Sequence record: MZ501089
Reading direction: 5' to 3' (one strand)
DNA: 64,000 bases
Source of the DNA: Escherichia phage KarlGJung
Positions 1 to 8,664 of the stretch are shown piece by piece. The position numbers and the translations under genes were made by a program. A model generated the notes under the pieces. That model saw only the letters and a list, made by a program, of their open reading frames with translations, ran no database searches and was not told where the DNA came from. Position 1 is the first letter of the stretch, and each line of letters begins with the position of its first letter.

Positions 1-692
1 ACCGTGACCGTGTACGCATTAACGGTTCTGGATGGATTGCTAGACAACCGGGTGATTGGGGCAACCAATGGCGAGTAGAAGCTCCATTATTCGTTGATCA
101 TGGTTATGTTTCACAGGATTGTTATTATCCTATTCTTAAAGCAAGAAGCGTTATAACCAATCAAGGATATAGCACCGCTGTTGACTTTGGTATGCGTCGT
201 ATTCCATCACAGTGGGGGCAAGCAATCATTCGTGTCGGATCCACGGAGGCTTCTCCTGATGCTGGACACCCACAAGCTGTGTTTGAATTCCATCATGATG
301 GATTCTTTTATACACCAGGAAATGGTAGCTTTAGCGATGTGTATATTCGTTCTGACTCCCGTCTCAAGATTAATAAAGAAGAATTAGAATATGGAGCGGT
401 CGAAAAAGTTTGCCGACTGAAAGTTTATATTTACGATAAAGTTAAGTCTATTAAAGACCGTAGTGTTATTAAACGTGAAGTTGGTATTATTGCTCAGGAC
501 CTTGAAAAGGAATTACCGGAAGCTGTATCTAAAGTTGAAGTTGATGGATCTGATGTTCTGACAATTTCTAACTCTGCTGTGAATGCTCTTTTAATTAAGG
601 CTATTCAGGAAATGAGTGAAGAAATTAAAGAATTGAAAACGCCTCTCTTTACTAAAATTGCTCGCAAAATTAGTAAATATTTTAAATTCTAA
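1..692 (+). CDS. 37: Long tail fibre distal subunit gp37, C-terminal fragment (5' end outside window), ending in an intramolecular-chaperone-like domain
   Basis: Frame 3 open from nt 3 to TAA at 690-692; C-terminal motifs SDSRLKINKEELEYGAVEKV...GIIAQDLEKELPEAV...LLIKAIQEMSEEIKELK; followed by gene 38 and t. Confidence 0.7.
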   Translation, partial: RDRVRINGSGWIARQPGDWGNQWRVEAPLFVDHGYVSQDCYYPILKARSVITNQGYSTAVDFGMRRIPSQWGQAIIRVGSTEASPDAGHPQAVFEFHHDGFFYTPGNGSFSDVYIRSDSRLKINKEELEYGAVEKVCRLKVYIYDKVKSIKDRSVIKREVGIIAQDLEKELPEAVSKVEVDGSDVLTISNSAVNALLIKAIQEMSEEIKELKTPLFTKIARKISKYFKF

Positions 693-696
693 CAAC

Positions 697-715
697 AAGG
701 GGGAAATGCCCCCTT
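697..715 (+). other. G5/C5 stem-loop between genes 37 and 38, just 5' of the gene 38 Shine-Dalgarno
   Basis: Inverted repeat aagggggaaatgccccctt read directly. Confidence 0.45.
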
Positions 716-728
716 TGGAGTATAAATT

Positions 729-1511
729 ATGGCAGTAGTTGGTGTTCCTGGTTGGATTGGAAGTTCAGCCGCAAATGAAACAGGACAGCGCTGGATGAGT
801 CAAGCGGCTGGTCAATTAAGATTGGGTGTTCCTTGCTGGATGAGTCAATTTGCAGGTCGCTCACGAGAAATTATTCACACGCTTGGAGCAGACCATAACT
901 TCAATGGTCAATGGTTCCGAGATAGATGTTTTGAGGCAGGTAGTGCACCTATAGTGTTTAATATTACGGGTGATTTAGTATCATATTCTAAAGATGTTCC
1001 TTTATTCTTCATGTACGGAGATACACCAAATGAATATGTTCAGTTAAATATACATGGCGTAACGATGTATGGACGTGGCGGTAATGGTGGTAGCAATAGT
1101 CCTGGCTCAGCTGGAGGTCATTGTATTCAAAACGATATTGGTGGGAGACTAAGAATTAATAATGGTGGAGCTATTGCTGGCGGCGGTGGCGGCGGTGGCG
1201 GCGGATATTATTCTCCTTTTTCACAAATGAGATTAACCTTTGGCGGTGGTGGTGGGCGTCCGTTTGGTGCACCTGGCGGATCTATTGATATGCAATCAGG
1301 CGCAACTGCTGGTACTATTTCTGCACCTGGCTCAGGATCCGTGAATGGTATCTATAATGGTGGAAACGGTGGTGAAGTAGGTTCCGCGGGAGGTAGATGC
1401 AATATTCGCGGTCAAGGATCTGAATATAATGGCGGCGCTGCTGGTTATGCTGTCATAGGGTCTGCTCCAACGTGGCAAAATGTTGGAGCAATATATGGTC
1501 CAAGAGTATAA
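729..1511 (+). CDS. 38: Receptor-recognising adhesin gp38, T2/T6 type with glycine-rich motifs
   Basis: 260 aa track ORF; SD GGAG; several Gly-rich blocks including nine consecutive Gly (nt 1179-1205); position between 37 and t. Confidence 0.75.
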   Translation: MAVVGVPGWIGSSAANETGQRWMSQAAGQLRLGVPCWMSQFAGRSREIIHTLGADHNFNGQWFRDRCFEAGSAPIVFNITGDLVSYSKDVPLFFMYGDTPNEYVQLNIHGVTMYGRGGNGGSNSPGSAGGHCIQNDIGGRLRINNGGAIAGGGGGGGGGYYSPFSQMRLTFGGGGGRPFGAPGGSIDMQSGATAGTISAPGSGSVNGIYNGGNGGEVGSAGGRCNIRGQGSEYNGGAAGYAVIGSAPTWQNVGAIYGPRV

Positions 1512-1541
1512 TGTGAATAAATACCCTTAAAAGGAGGGTCT

Positions 1542-2198
1542 ATGGCAGCACCTAGAATATCATTTTCGCCCTCTGATATTCTGTTTGGTGTTCTAGATCG
1601 CTTGTTCAAAGATAACGCTACCGGGAAAGTTCTTGCTTCCCGGGTAGCTGTCGTAATTCTTTTATTTATGATGGCGATTGTTTGGTATAGGGGAGATAGT
1701 TTCTTTGAGTACTATAAGCAATCAAAGTATGAAACATACAGTGAAATTATTGAAAAGGAAAGAAATGCACGCTTTGAATCTGTCGCCCTGGAACAACTCC
1801 AGATAGTTCACATATCATCTGAGGCAGACTTTAGTGCGGTGTATTCTTTCCGCCCTAAAAACTTAAACTATTTTGTTGATATTATAGCATACGAAGGAAG
1901 ATTACCTTCAACAATAACTGAAAAATCACTTGGAGGATATCCTGTTGATAAAACTATGGATGAATATACAGTTCATTTAAATGGACGTCATTATTATTCC
2001 AACTCAAAATTTGCTTTTTTACCAACTAAAAAGCCTACTCCCGAAATAAACTACATGTACAGTTGTCCATATTTTAATTTGGATAATATCTATGCTGGAA
2101 CGATAACCATGTACTGGTATAGAAATGATCATATAAGTAATGACCGCCTTGAATCAATATGTGCTCAGGCGGCCAGAATATTAGGAAGGGCTAAATAA
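1542..2198 (+). CDS. t: Holin T
   Basis: 218 aa; SD AAGGAGG; N-terminal cytoplasmic segment, one TM (VAVVILLFMMAIVWY), large periplasmic domain; matches T4 holin length and layout. Confidence 0.85.
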   Translation: MAAPRISFSPSDILFGVLDRLFKDNATGKVLASRVAVVILLFMMAIVWYRGDSFFEYYKQSKYETYSEIIEKERNARFESVALEQLQIVHISSEADFSAVYSFRPKNLNYFVDIIAYEGRLPSTITEKSLGGYPVDKTMDEYTVHLNGRHYYSNSKFAFLPTKKPTPEINYMYSCPYFNLDNIYAGTITMYWYRNDHISNDRLESICAQAARILGRAK

Positions 2199-2471
2199 TT
2201 ATTTGTTCGTATACATCTCTAGATATCGATATACACCCTCAAAACCCTCGTTGAATTCGTCGATGAGGGTTTTCTTATCTTCTTGAGTTAATTCAGAAAC
2301 AATTTTACGGAATGAATTCTGATTTAATTTTCTACCTTCATGCGTTACTCCAATCTCATTCAGAAATGCAATAAAATTAGCACGATTCTCAACAATATCT
2401 TCTCTGGAAAATTTAATCAAAATAGACGCAACAGTAATAATTTCACGAACTGTATCAATGTTTTTATTCAT
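2199..2471 (-). CDS. asiA: Anti-sigma-70 factor AsiA
   Basis: 90 aa MNKNIDTVREIITVASILIKFSREDIVENRANFIAFLNEIGV...; convergent with t with no intergenic nucleotides. Confidence 0.85.
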   Translation of the reverse strand: MNKNIDTVREIITVASILIKFSREDIVENRANFIAFLNEIGVTHEGRKLNQNSFRKIVSELTQEDKKTLIDEFNEGFEGVYRYLEMYTNK

Positions 2472-2483
2472 TAACTATACCAC

Positions 2484-2636
2484 TCAATTAGTTGACTTTG
2501 TTATAATATCATCAGACGTTTGATTTGTAAACTGGTCTGTGCTATTTTCTTCAAAAATTTTTTCTACGAATTCCTTGAACGACTTACGTTCCTGAGCTAC
2601 ATTATGCTCGATTACTTTTTCAAGATTATGACTCAT
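2484..2636 (-). CDS. Hypothetical 50 aa protein (below track cutoff)
   Basis: Hand-translated MSHNLEKVIEHNVAQERKSFKEFVEKIFEENSTDQFTNQTSDDIITKSTN; its ATG overlaps the upstream stop (ATGA). Confidence 0.3.
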   Translation of the reverse strand: MSHNLEKVIEHNVAQERKSFKEFVEKIFEENSTDQFTNQTSDDIITKSTN

Positions 2637-2911
2637 TCGAAATAATCTTCAATTTCATAATCATGGACATAAATCATTATAGTTTTTAATACATCATCAA
2701 TACTTTTTCCTGGAGCTGGAATTACGTAAAAATATCCTGCTTTTGAGAGGTCTTTATAAGTTCCAATCAAGAAATCATTATTCTCAAGATGTAACTCTTC
2801 AACTAATTCATTGACAATTGAATGGTATAGGTTTGGTAGAAACTTATATAGCTTTTCTAGAATATCAATTTTGATTGTGTATTGAACCACGGACTGAGAA
2901 TCAATAATCAT
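2633..2911 (-). CDS. arn: Arn-like acidic protein (candidate anti-restriction DNA mimic, McrBC inhibitor in T4)
   Basis: 92 aa, 16 Asp/Glu vs 7 Lys, SD AGGGGAAGG; size and position (after asiA) as T4 arn; sequence identity not verified. Confidence 0.5.
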   Translation of the reverse strand: MIIDSQSVVQYTIKIDILEKLYKFLPNLYHSIVNELVEELHLENNDFLIGTYKDLSKAGYFYVIPAPGKSIDDVLKTIMIYVHDYEIEDYFE

Positions 2912-2988
2912 AGACCTTCCCCTTATGTTTCTGTTTGCGATTAGATTCTTTAAACGCTTTCTTCTTATCCTTATGGACAGAAGCTTTA

Positions 2989-3213
2989 TTAAAATTGTGT
3001 TTTGCGACTAAATTGTTCATAGTGCTGAATTACCTCTCTCAAACACTTGCATGTGAATGAAAACTTTTTAGCTACACCACATTCAAATATATGTTCTCTT
3101 AAATCACGTGTGTCAGTATATCCCATCTCAACAATAAAATGTCTTATTAGATTTTTATCTTTATCATTGAGAGAATTAAAATAATCGGATTTTGAATTAA
3201 TTTCCCTGGCCAA
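2989..3213 (-). CDS. Hypothetical protein, 74 aa
   Basis: Track ORF on early strand in the arn-motA interval. Confidence 0.4.
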   Translation of the reverse strand: MAREINSKSDYFNSLNDKDKNLIRHFIVEMGYTDTRDLREHIFECGVAKKFSFTCKCLREVIQHYEQFSRKTQF

Positions 3214-3493
3214 ATTGAATCACCTTCAGTTGACGTTTTAGTTCTTTTATCATTTCTTCGTTCATCGCAATATAAAGATCGCGTAAAGCAGGTTTTAACA
3301 TTCCATTTACTGGAGAACTAAATGGACATACATAATCTTTTCCTACGAGCTTTTTGGTGAATTCCATATCACAGAACTGAAATGCCGGTTCATTGGCATA
3401 AATTCCCCAATTAGTTGACATCATTTTATTGGCATATTCCAACGCCTGGATTTGATTCTTAATTCCATCAATTTGAAACTTTTTAATATTCAT
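3197..3493 (-). CDS. Hypothetical protein, 98 aa
   Basis: Track ORF on early strand; stop overlaps next start. Confidence 0.45.
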   Translation of the reverse strand: MNIKKFQIDGIKNQIQALEYANKMMSTNWGIYANEPAFQFCDMEFTKKLVGKDYVCPFSSPVNGMLKPALRDLYIAMNEEMIKELKRQLKVIQFGQGN

Positions 3494-3954
3494 TAGTAAA
3501 GGTCCTCAGAGTAAAGTTCTTTTTCACTACCACCGCGTTCAATACGTACTTGTCCGGCGTAAGTTGCAATAATCATTGCTTCTTCACGTGTCCAGTAATT
3601 GCTATACTGATCAATAAACCCTTGGTCATCATCACAAACTTGCTGAGTAACTAATTGGGGTTTAACTACATCTAAAACTTCTGCCATATCTTTAGAATAA
3701 TGACGAGCACCTGGAATAACAAGAGTTCGTCCATCTTTTAATTTAAAACGGTTGGCGGCACAAACAATTCGTCGTTGATACTTTTGGTTTTCATCCCAGT
3801 ATGCGGTCTGCCAACAGATTTCAGGAACTTCTTTTAGAATATCTTCTTCTGTGCATTTATAACCATGCGCTTTAAATTTTTCAACAAGACTTTCTGGAGT
3901 TTCACGACATAAAGGAACATTCAGCATTTTTAAACGATTAATAAATGGGTTCAT
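3493..3954 (-). CDS. Hypothetical protein, 153 aa
   Basis: Track ORF on early strand; stop/start overlaps with neighbours. Confidence 0.5.
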   Translation of the reverse strand: MNPFINRLKMLNVPLCRETPESLVEKFKAHGYKCTEEDILKEVPEICWQTAYWDENQKYQRRIVCAANRFKLKDGRTLVIPGARHYSKDMAEVLDVVKPQLVTQQVCDDDQGFIDQYSNYWTREEAMIIATYAGQVRIERGGSEKELYSEDLY

Positions 3955-4280
3955 TTAAACCATCCTTTAATACGTTGCCATAAAGTTTTCTGTTGAGCTT
4001 TGTTAACACCAATTGAACGAATAACTGGTTGAGATTCCTGAAATTCTTTATAATCAGCAAGGTAAATTTCGTAAGCTGCATCCGTAAATGAACTTATCGC
4101 TGCCATAAAATTATTGCGAATACCTACTGGAGCATCTTTACTTTCACGAATAATCATGTATTTACCAGTCTTAATCTTTACGATAGTTCCAAGATAAGCT
4201 CCATGGTACCAGATGTCCCAACCCTCTTGAGTAGGTTCTACACAACGACGAAGTTCATTGACAATTTCTAACTTGTTCAT
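3951..4280 (-). CDS. Hypothetical protein, 109 aa (immediately downstream of motA)
   Basis: Track ORF; stop overlaps next start. Confidence 0.45.
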   Translation of the reverse strand: MNKLEIVNELRRCVEPTQEGWDIWYHGAYLGTIVKIKTGKYMIIRESKDAPVGIRNNFMAAISSFTDAAYEIYLADYKEFQESQPVIRSIGVNKAQQKTLWQRIKGWFK

Positions 4281-4290
4281 TATTTATTCC

Positions 4291-4926
4291 TCACAGTTCA
4301 GATGCTACAGTGATTACAGCTTCAATGTTTTCTGCCGAGCGTTTAATGTCAAGATACACATTACCGTTTTTAGCGATTTTACATGACATTCCGATATCAG
4401 TAAATTTCTGAATATGATGTTCCATCATTTTGTATCCAAAAATTCGCATATTTCCATTATTGTTAATTTCAAAATTACGAATTCCGTGAGTGCGTTTTTC
4501 TAAAATGGCAAGATAATTACTACGATAAGTTTCAACCTTTTTAAGAACAAATCCATTTTCATCTAAAAGTTTTAACATGAGGTCTTTATCTTCTTCCATA
4601 TCAGAAGTAATCTCACGAGCTTTACGAGTTGCTCGTTTTTTCAGTAGTTCCGGAGCATTTTCCTGCGCGTATAAAGTTGCTGCGTTTGAAATAATATCTT
4701 GAGCTTCACCTGTAATGATTAATCCATCACCAGATTTCTCCACCAGGCCTTTTTTAATCAATACCCCAATATTACTATTAACTACTGCGTTACCTAAATC
4801 TGGATGCACCTCACGAACTTCTGCAGCTGTAATGAAATCTTTCTTAGCAATGGTAATTAAAATCGCAGCAGTTTTTTCATTCAGAACATCGTTAGAAGCT
4901 TTGATGATGTAAGTTACTTTAGACAT
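4291..4926 (-). CDS. motA: Middle-transcription activator MotA
   Basis: 211 aa MSKVTYIIKASNDVLNEKTAAILITIAKKDFITAAEVREVHPDLG...; ATG start checked. Confidence 0.85.
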   Translation of the reverse strand: MSKVTYIIKASNDVLNEKTAAILITIAKKDFITAAEVREVHPDLGNAVVNSNIGVLIKKGLVEKSGDGLIITGEAQDIISNAATLYAQENAPELLKKRATRKAREITSDMEEDKDLMLKLLDENGFVLKKVETYRSNYLAILEKRTHGIRNFEINNNGNMRIFGYKMMEHHIQKFTDIGMSCKIAKNGNVYLDIKRSAENIEAVITVASEL

Positions 4927-4963
4927 TTTAATCTCCGTTTCAGTTCATTTATTTGATAGGTCT

Positions 4964-4992
4964 ATAGTATCATGTTTAAAGCAGAAGTAAAC
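4964..4992 (-). promoter_or_regulatory. Early promoter upstream of motA (GTTTAC-N17-TACTAT)
   Basis: gtaaac at 4987-4992 and atagta at 4964-4969 on + strand, i.e. -35/-10 on mRNA strand; AT-rich upstream. Confidence 0.55.
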
Positions 4993-5031
4993 ACTTTTTT
5001 GCACTCTTTTTCAAGAGCTCTAATAAAGTAC

Positions 5032-5259
5032 TTACTTAATGTTCAGATTACGAACTTCGATTTCGTCTTCATGGGCAAAATCAAACTGTTTGAATTCTGT
5101 GTCACCTTTAAATTTAAAAATCATTGTGAAGAAAGTCAGAACACCAGGTTTTTCTTCACGAACTCCACAGATATCATATTCAATACCATCTACAACCAGT
5201 TTGTTAGCAGTCAGAGCATTTTTAGCTTTAACGATTTCGTTTTCGATTTTAAATTTCAT
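5032..5259 (-). CDS. Hypothetical protein, 75 aa
   Basis: Track ORF with own early promoter and ATG start. Confidence 0.45.
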   Translation of the reverse strand: MKFKIENEIVKAKNALTANKLVVDGIEYDICGVREEKPGVLTFFTMIFKFKGDTEFKQFDFAHEDEIEVRNLNIK

Positions 5260-5308
5260 TTTTTGTATCTCCGGGTTGTTTGTTTCAGTTCATTTATTTG
5301 ATAGTTGT

Positions 5309-5338
5309 ATAGTACCACAGTATGCTTTGGTTGTAAAC
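5309..5338 (-). promoter_or_regulatory. Early promoter (GTTTAC-N18-TACTAT)
   Basis: gtaaac 5333-5338, atagta 5309-5314; upstream AT-rich tract. Confidence 0.55.
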
Positions 5339-5368
5339 CGTTTTGTGAAAAAATTTTTGAAATAAAAA

Positions 5369-5390
5369 AGGGAGAGCCGAGGCTCTCCCT
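5369..5390 (-). terminator. Intrinsic terminator hairpin followed by U-run on mRNA strand
   Basis: gggagagc-cgag-gctctccc stem-loop; mRNA continues tttttatt. Confidence 0.6.
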
Positions 5391-5394
5391 AAAA

Positions 5395-5544
5395 TTACTG
5401 CATGACTGTGATAACTGTCATGATAACACGTTGAATTCCGAACGCAAGAAGACCTCCTGCTACGGCAGGAACAACACCTAAACCCGCCAGTAAAATGCCA
5501 CCAGATACTAATGCAGCGCTTGTGATACCAATGAATGGACTCAT
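5395..5544 (-). CDS. 49 aa glycine-zipper membrane peptide (below track cutoff)
   Basis: Hand-translated MSPFIGITSAALVSGGILLAGLGVVPAVAGGLLAFGIQRVIMTVITVMQ; ATG overlaps gp52 TGA (ATGA); terminator follows. Confidence 0.45.
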   Translation of the reverse strand: MSPFIGITSAALVSGGILLAGLGVVPAVAGGLLAFGIQRVIMTVITVMQ

Positions 5545-6869
5545 TTGATTTCCTCTAAATCTTTGGTGTATTCTGTAACTACATCAGTAGTTTTCCAATA
5601 TTCGTTTTCTTCTTTTTTGGCTTTAGCTTCTTCAGCAAGTTTCTTTGCTTCGTCGGAAGTCATATGAAAAATGTTCATTCCAACTAGTTTATCAACATAA
5701 GAAGAATACATATCAATTTTAGAAAGTTCTTCGGTCAGTTCTTTGCGAGTTTTACCTTGTACAACAATTTCACCTGAAATTACTTTCTTAATGAAATGTG
5801 CCTTGGCAAAAGCTAAACGAAATGCTGATTCAGTTTCTTTGATTTTGTTATCAATTCGTTTTTGGACATAAGTTTTACGAACTTCAACGAAGTCTTTGAT
5901 TAAATCAACTACATTATCGTAAACTTGCAGCTTTCCTTTCTCATTAATGACGGTAATATTCTGGGAACGACGCTCAATCAACCCGAAGTCTTTCATAATT
6001 TTTGCATGGCGTTCTTCTTCATTATCGCTCAAAGAGTATTCTTTTCGGAATTTAACTTTGAAGCCAAAGCCATGCTCACCACAAGCATCATCCCATGTAA
6101 TGAAGCCTTTATCTTCAAGCGGGTCTAAGATTTTACTCACATAAGTTTCACGATCATACTTATATGGAATCTCAGTGATATGCATTTGAGTTCGTGAAGT
6201 AAACTTATATGTTCCACGAATTTCATATTGCCCATCAATTTCAACGACTTCACCACGAAATTCTGGGAATTCTACCTTCGGTTTAGTTACTTTCTTTCCT
6301 TGAAGAGCTTGCAGTACAGCTTTCTTGACAGAAGAAACACTATGAGGAAGAATGTAAGTTGCATAACCAGTTGCAATACCGGAAACGCCATTAAGAAGAA
6401 CAGTAGGAATAATAGGCAAATAGAAAGCAGGCGGAATGTGTTCTTTATCTTGATGTACTGGAGCATATTCAGTATCTTTATATACGTTATAGAAATTTTT
6501 ACTTACACGAGCAAAAATATAACGACTTGCTGCTGCCTTTTGGACAGTACGAGAACCAAAGTTTCCTTGACCGTCTAACAGAGGAAAGTTATTATTCCAA
6601 GTGTTAGCCATCAAAGCACCTGCGTCTTGCGCAGAGTTTTCACCATGATGATATCCAAGGTCCGCTACACCGCCTGCGATAGAAGCGAGTTTGTGAAACT
6701 TATCTTTATTTCCTCGTGCCAAATCAAGAGCTCGAGCAATAACAAATCGTTGAACTGGCTTAAATCCGTCAATCATATTTGGAATGGCACGATTTTCAAC
6801 CGTGTACATAGCATAAGCCAATGCTTCATTATCAATGATACTTTTTAAATCACGATTATTCAGTTGCAT
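5541..6869 (-). CDS. 52: DNA topoisomerase II medium subunit gp52 (GyrA-like)
   Basis: 442 aa; MQLNNRDLKSIIDNEALAYAMYTVENRAIPNMIDGFKPVQRFV...; active-site region ASRYIFA. Confidence 0.9.
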   Translation of the reverse strand: MQLNNRDLKSIIDNEALAYAMYTVENRAIPNMIDGFKPVQRFVIARALDLARGNKDKFHKLASIAGGVADLGYHHGENSAQDAGALMANTWNNNFPLLDGQGNFGSRTVQKAAASRYIFARVSKNFYNVYKDTEYAPVHQDKEHIPPAFYLPIIPTVLLNGVSGIATGYATYILPHSVSSVKKAVLQALQGKKVTKPKVEFPEFRGEVVEIDGQYEIRGTYKFTSRTQMHITEIPYKYDRETYVSKILDPLEDKGFITWDDACGEHGFGFKVKFRKEYSLSDNEEERHAKIMKDFGLIERRSQNITVINEKGKLQVYDNVVDLIKDFVEVRKTYVQKRIDNKIKETESAFRLAFAKAHFIKKVISGEIVVQGKTRKELTEELSKIDMYSSYVDKLVGMNIFHMTSDEAKKLAEEAKAKKEENEYWKTTDVVTEYTKDLEEIK

Positions 6870-6873
6870 AAAT

Positions 6874-7014
6874 TTACCATACTAGTGAATGTAGTGCCAT
6901 AATAACATCAGAAATGAAAAGCACGACTTGAATTAATCCGAACATTATTCCGTAATATAATGCTATCAATAAAATAGCAAGGGCTAATGAATAGCCCAAG
7001 ATTTTCTTAATCAT
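6874..7014 (-). CDS. 46 aa membrane peptide (below track cutoff)
   Basis: Hand-translated MIKKILGYSLALAILLIALYYGIMFGLIQVVLFISDVIMALHSLVW. Confidence 0.4.
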   Translation of the reverse strand: MIKKILGYSLALAILLIALYYGIMFGLIQVVLFISDVIMALHSLVW

Positions 7015-7165
7015 TAGTAGATAACAACACAAATGTTAAATATGCACACATACCCTGAGCTAAAGCTTGCGAAAACACACTGCTGGCATCAATACAGATA
7101 GTTAAAACACATGCTACTATCCAACAAATAAATGAAATAACTCCTAATAATTTTGCGATATTCAT
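7007..7165 (-). CDS. 52 aa membrane peptide in the position of T4 ac (below track cutoff)
   Basis: Hand-translated MNIAKLLGVISFICWIVACVLTICIDASSVFSQALAQGMCAYLTFVLLSTND; SD GAGG. Confidence 0.4.
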   Translation of the reverse strand: MNIAKLLGVISFICWIVACVLTICIDASSVFSQALAQGMCAYLTFVLLSTND

Positions 7166-7172
7166 ATTTTCC

Positions 7173-7253
7173 TCACTGGCGTCCGAAGACGCCTTTAGTT
7201 TTAAGATTATTACGATAGAACTGCATCACGTGTTCGTTGTGGAAATTACTCAT
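7173..7253 (-). CDS. stp: Stp peptide (26 aa; activator of host PrrC anticodon nuclease in T4)
   Basis: Hand-translated [26 protein letters not shown], matching recalled T4 Stp; TAATG overlap with ndd stop. Confidence 0.7.
7178..7193 (-). other. UUCG-tetraloop hairpin spanning the 3' end of stp
   Basis: ggcgtc-cgaa-gacgcc on + strand (loop UUCG on mRNA). Confidence 0.45.
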
Positions 7254-7711
7254 TAATACGCCTGCAAAACGAATTTAAAATTATCAGCCAACATACGGTT
7301 CATTTCTTCAAGTGTTTGATACTCAGAATGATGATTACGAGTAAACGCTAAAGCTAACTGTCCTTTTCCAAATCCCGTCGTCAGAGGTTTCATCTTAGAA
7401 GCAGGCAGATAAAATACTGTGTATACCATATTGTTATTTGCAATAGTACATGCAAGCTGAGACCGACGTTGACGAATATGACTTAGAACTGCACTGAATC
7501 CTTGCTTAGAACGCTGATTACCTACATAAAATCGTGCAGACACACATGGATTACTAAATGGACGACCATCTAATTTACTTACTAAAAAATAAAATCCAGG
7601 TTTAGATAAAATATCTTTATGCGGAGTTCCCAAAAACCACTCACCACCCTTGATTGTACCAATAACAGTAGCGCCTGCATTATTCAGATCAGTAACAGTC
7701 ATGTATTTCAT
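7253..7711 (-). CDS. ndd: Nucleoid disruption protein Ndd
   Basis: Track ORF 7253..7759 trimmed to internal ATG with SD GAGGA: [43 protein letters not shown]... Confidence 0.7.
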
Positions 7712-7771
7712 ATTAATTTCCTCTAAATTATTTTCTACTCCAAGGCCGCATGAATACACGCGGCCATTAAA

Positions 7772-7987
7772 TTAATCGTCGCAGTCGACGCTCAATTCCC
7801 AAAACTCTTCTACGGTATAAGTTTCAGTATCATTTTCAATACAGAAACGTTCATTACTGTTATTTGCTAAAGTAGCATTAACTGTCATTTTTTCGCTAGT
7901 GCTCTTAAGAGGTGAAATACGAATTAACTGATCACCGTTATCTAAACAAAAAATTTCACCAACTTTTACATCTTTAAAACTTTTCAT
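7772..7987 (-). CDS. Hypothetical protein, 71 aa
   Basis: Track ORF on early strand. Confidence 0.4.
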   Translation of the reverse strand: MKSFKDVKVGEIFCLDNGDQLIRISPLKSTSEKMTVNATLANNSNERFCIENDTETYTVEEFWELSVDCDD

Positions 7988-8102
7988 AATTCACCTCAAG
8001 GAGTATAAAATCCAAACGCAGTTGTTGACCATCCCATCCAATATGGAAAATTTGCACCAATGTAAAACATAAGAATATAAAACCAACCGCTCAGCAAATT
8101 CA

Positions 8103-8321
8103 TCATTTTACACCATTCCAAATTGTTTCAACCACGGATTTTAAACCATTTTGATGAATATCAATTCCGACTACTGTCATCAAATAGATTCCAACTACAA
8201 CTGAACCTAAGGCAAAAATCAGCATGAAAATGAATAAAGCCGGAAAAATATTATCGAAAAACCATTCAATAAATGTAAAAGCACTGCGTTTACGCTTCAT
8301 ATTTTCCTCACATAAATCCAA
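8103..8321 (-). CDS. Hypothetical small membrane protein (start uncertain)
   Basis: Track ORF with hydrophobic core FPALFIFMLIFALGSVVVGIYLMTVVGI. Confidence 0.3.
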   Translation of the reverse strand: MDLCEENMKRKRSAFTFIEWFFDNIFPALFIFMLIFALGSVVVGIYLMTVVGIDIHQNGLKSVVETIWNGVK

Positions 8322-8421
8322 AGTAAGCGTTTAATACATCAATCATTAAAACGATTGGGAATATACTCAAAACTACTAGTATTATAACTACATTCCATAT
8401 AGCTTTAACAATCTTTTTCAT
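8308..8421 (-). CDS. 37 aa membrane peptide (internal ATG of track ORF 8308..8556)
   Basis: MKKIVKAIWNVVIILVVLSIFPIVLMIDVLNAYFGFM; SD GGAGG; early promoter just upstream. Confidence 0.3.
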   Translation of the reverse strand: MKKIVKAIWNVVIILVVLSIFPIVLMIDVLNAYFGFM

Positions 8422-8449
8422 TTTCTGTTCCTCCGTAGTTGATAGGGTA

Positions 8450-8479
8450 ATAGTACCACGGAAGAACAGTCTTGTAAAC
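8450..8479 (-). promoter_or_regulatory. Early promoter (GTTTAC-N18-TACTAT)
   Basis: gtaaac 8474-8479, atagta 8450-8455. Confidence 0.5.
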
Positions 8480-8664
8480 AACTTTTTTAAAAATATTCGT
8501 AATAAATGTGAATACCAACTACTACCGCTGAAACCTGTGCAACCAACCACGCACAAGCAATAAGTACAGAATTCAAAATTTTCATAATAACCTCATTACA
8601 AAAGTAAATGTTAAACAAATTAATGGAATACTAATTAACCAAACAAAACACCACCATAATGAAC

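Noticed and set aside
721-728. TATAAATT just before the gene 38 ATG as a late promoter
   Set aside because: It abuts the start codon, so a transcript starting there could not include the SD; more likely coincidental.
1179-1205. The nine-glycine tract in gp38 as a sequencing or assembly artefact
   Set aside because: The codon tract is in frame and flanked by further Gly-rich blocks typical of this adhesin family.
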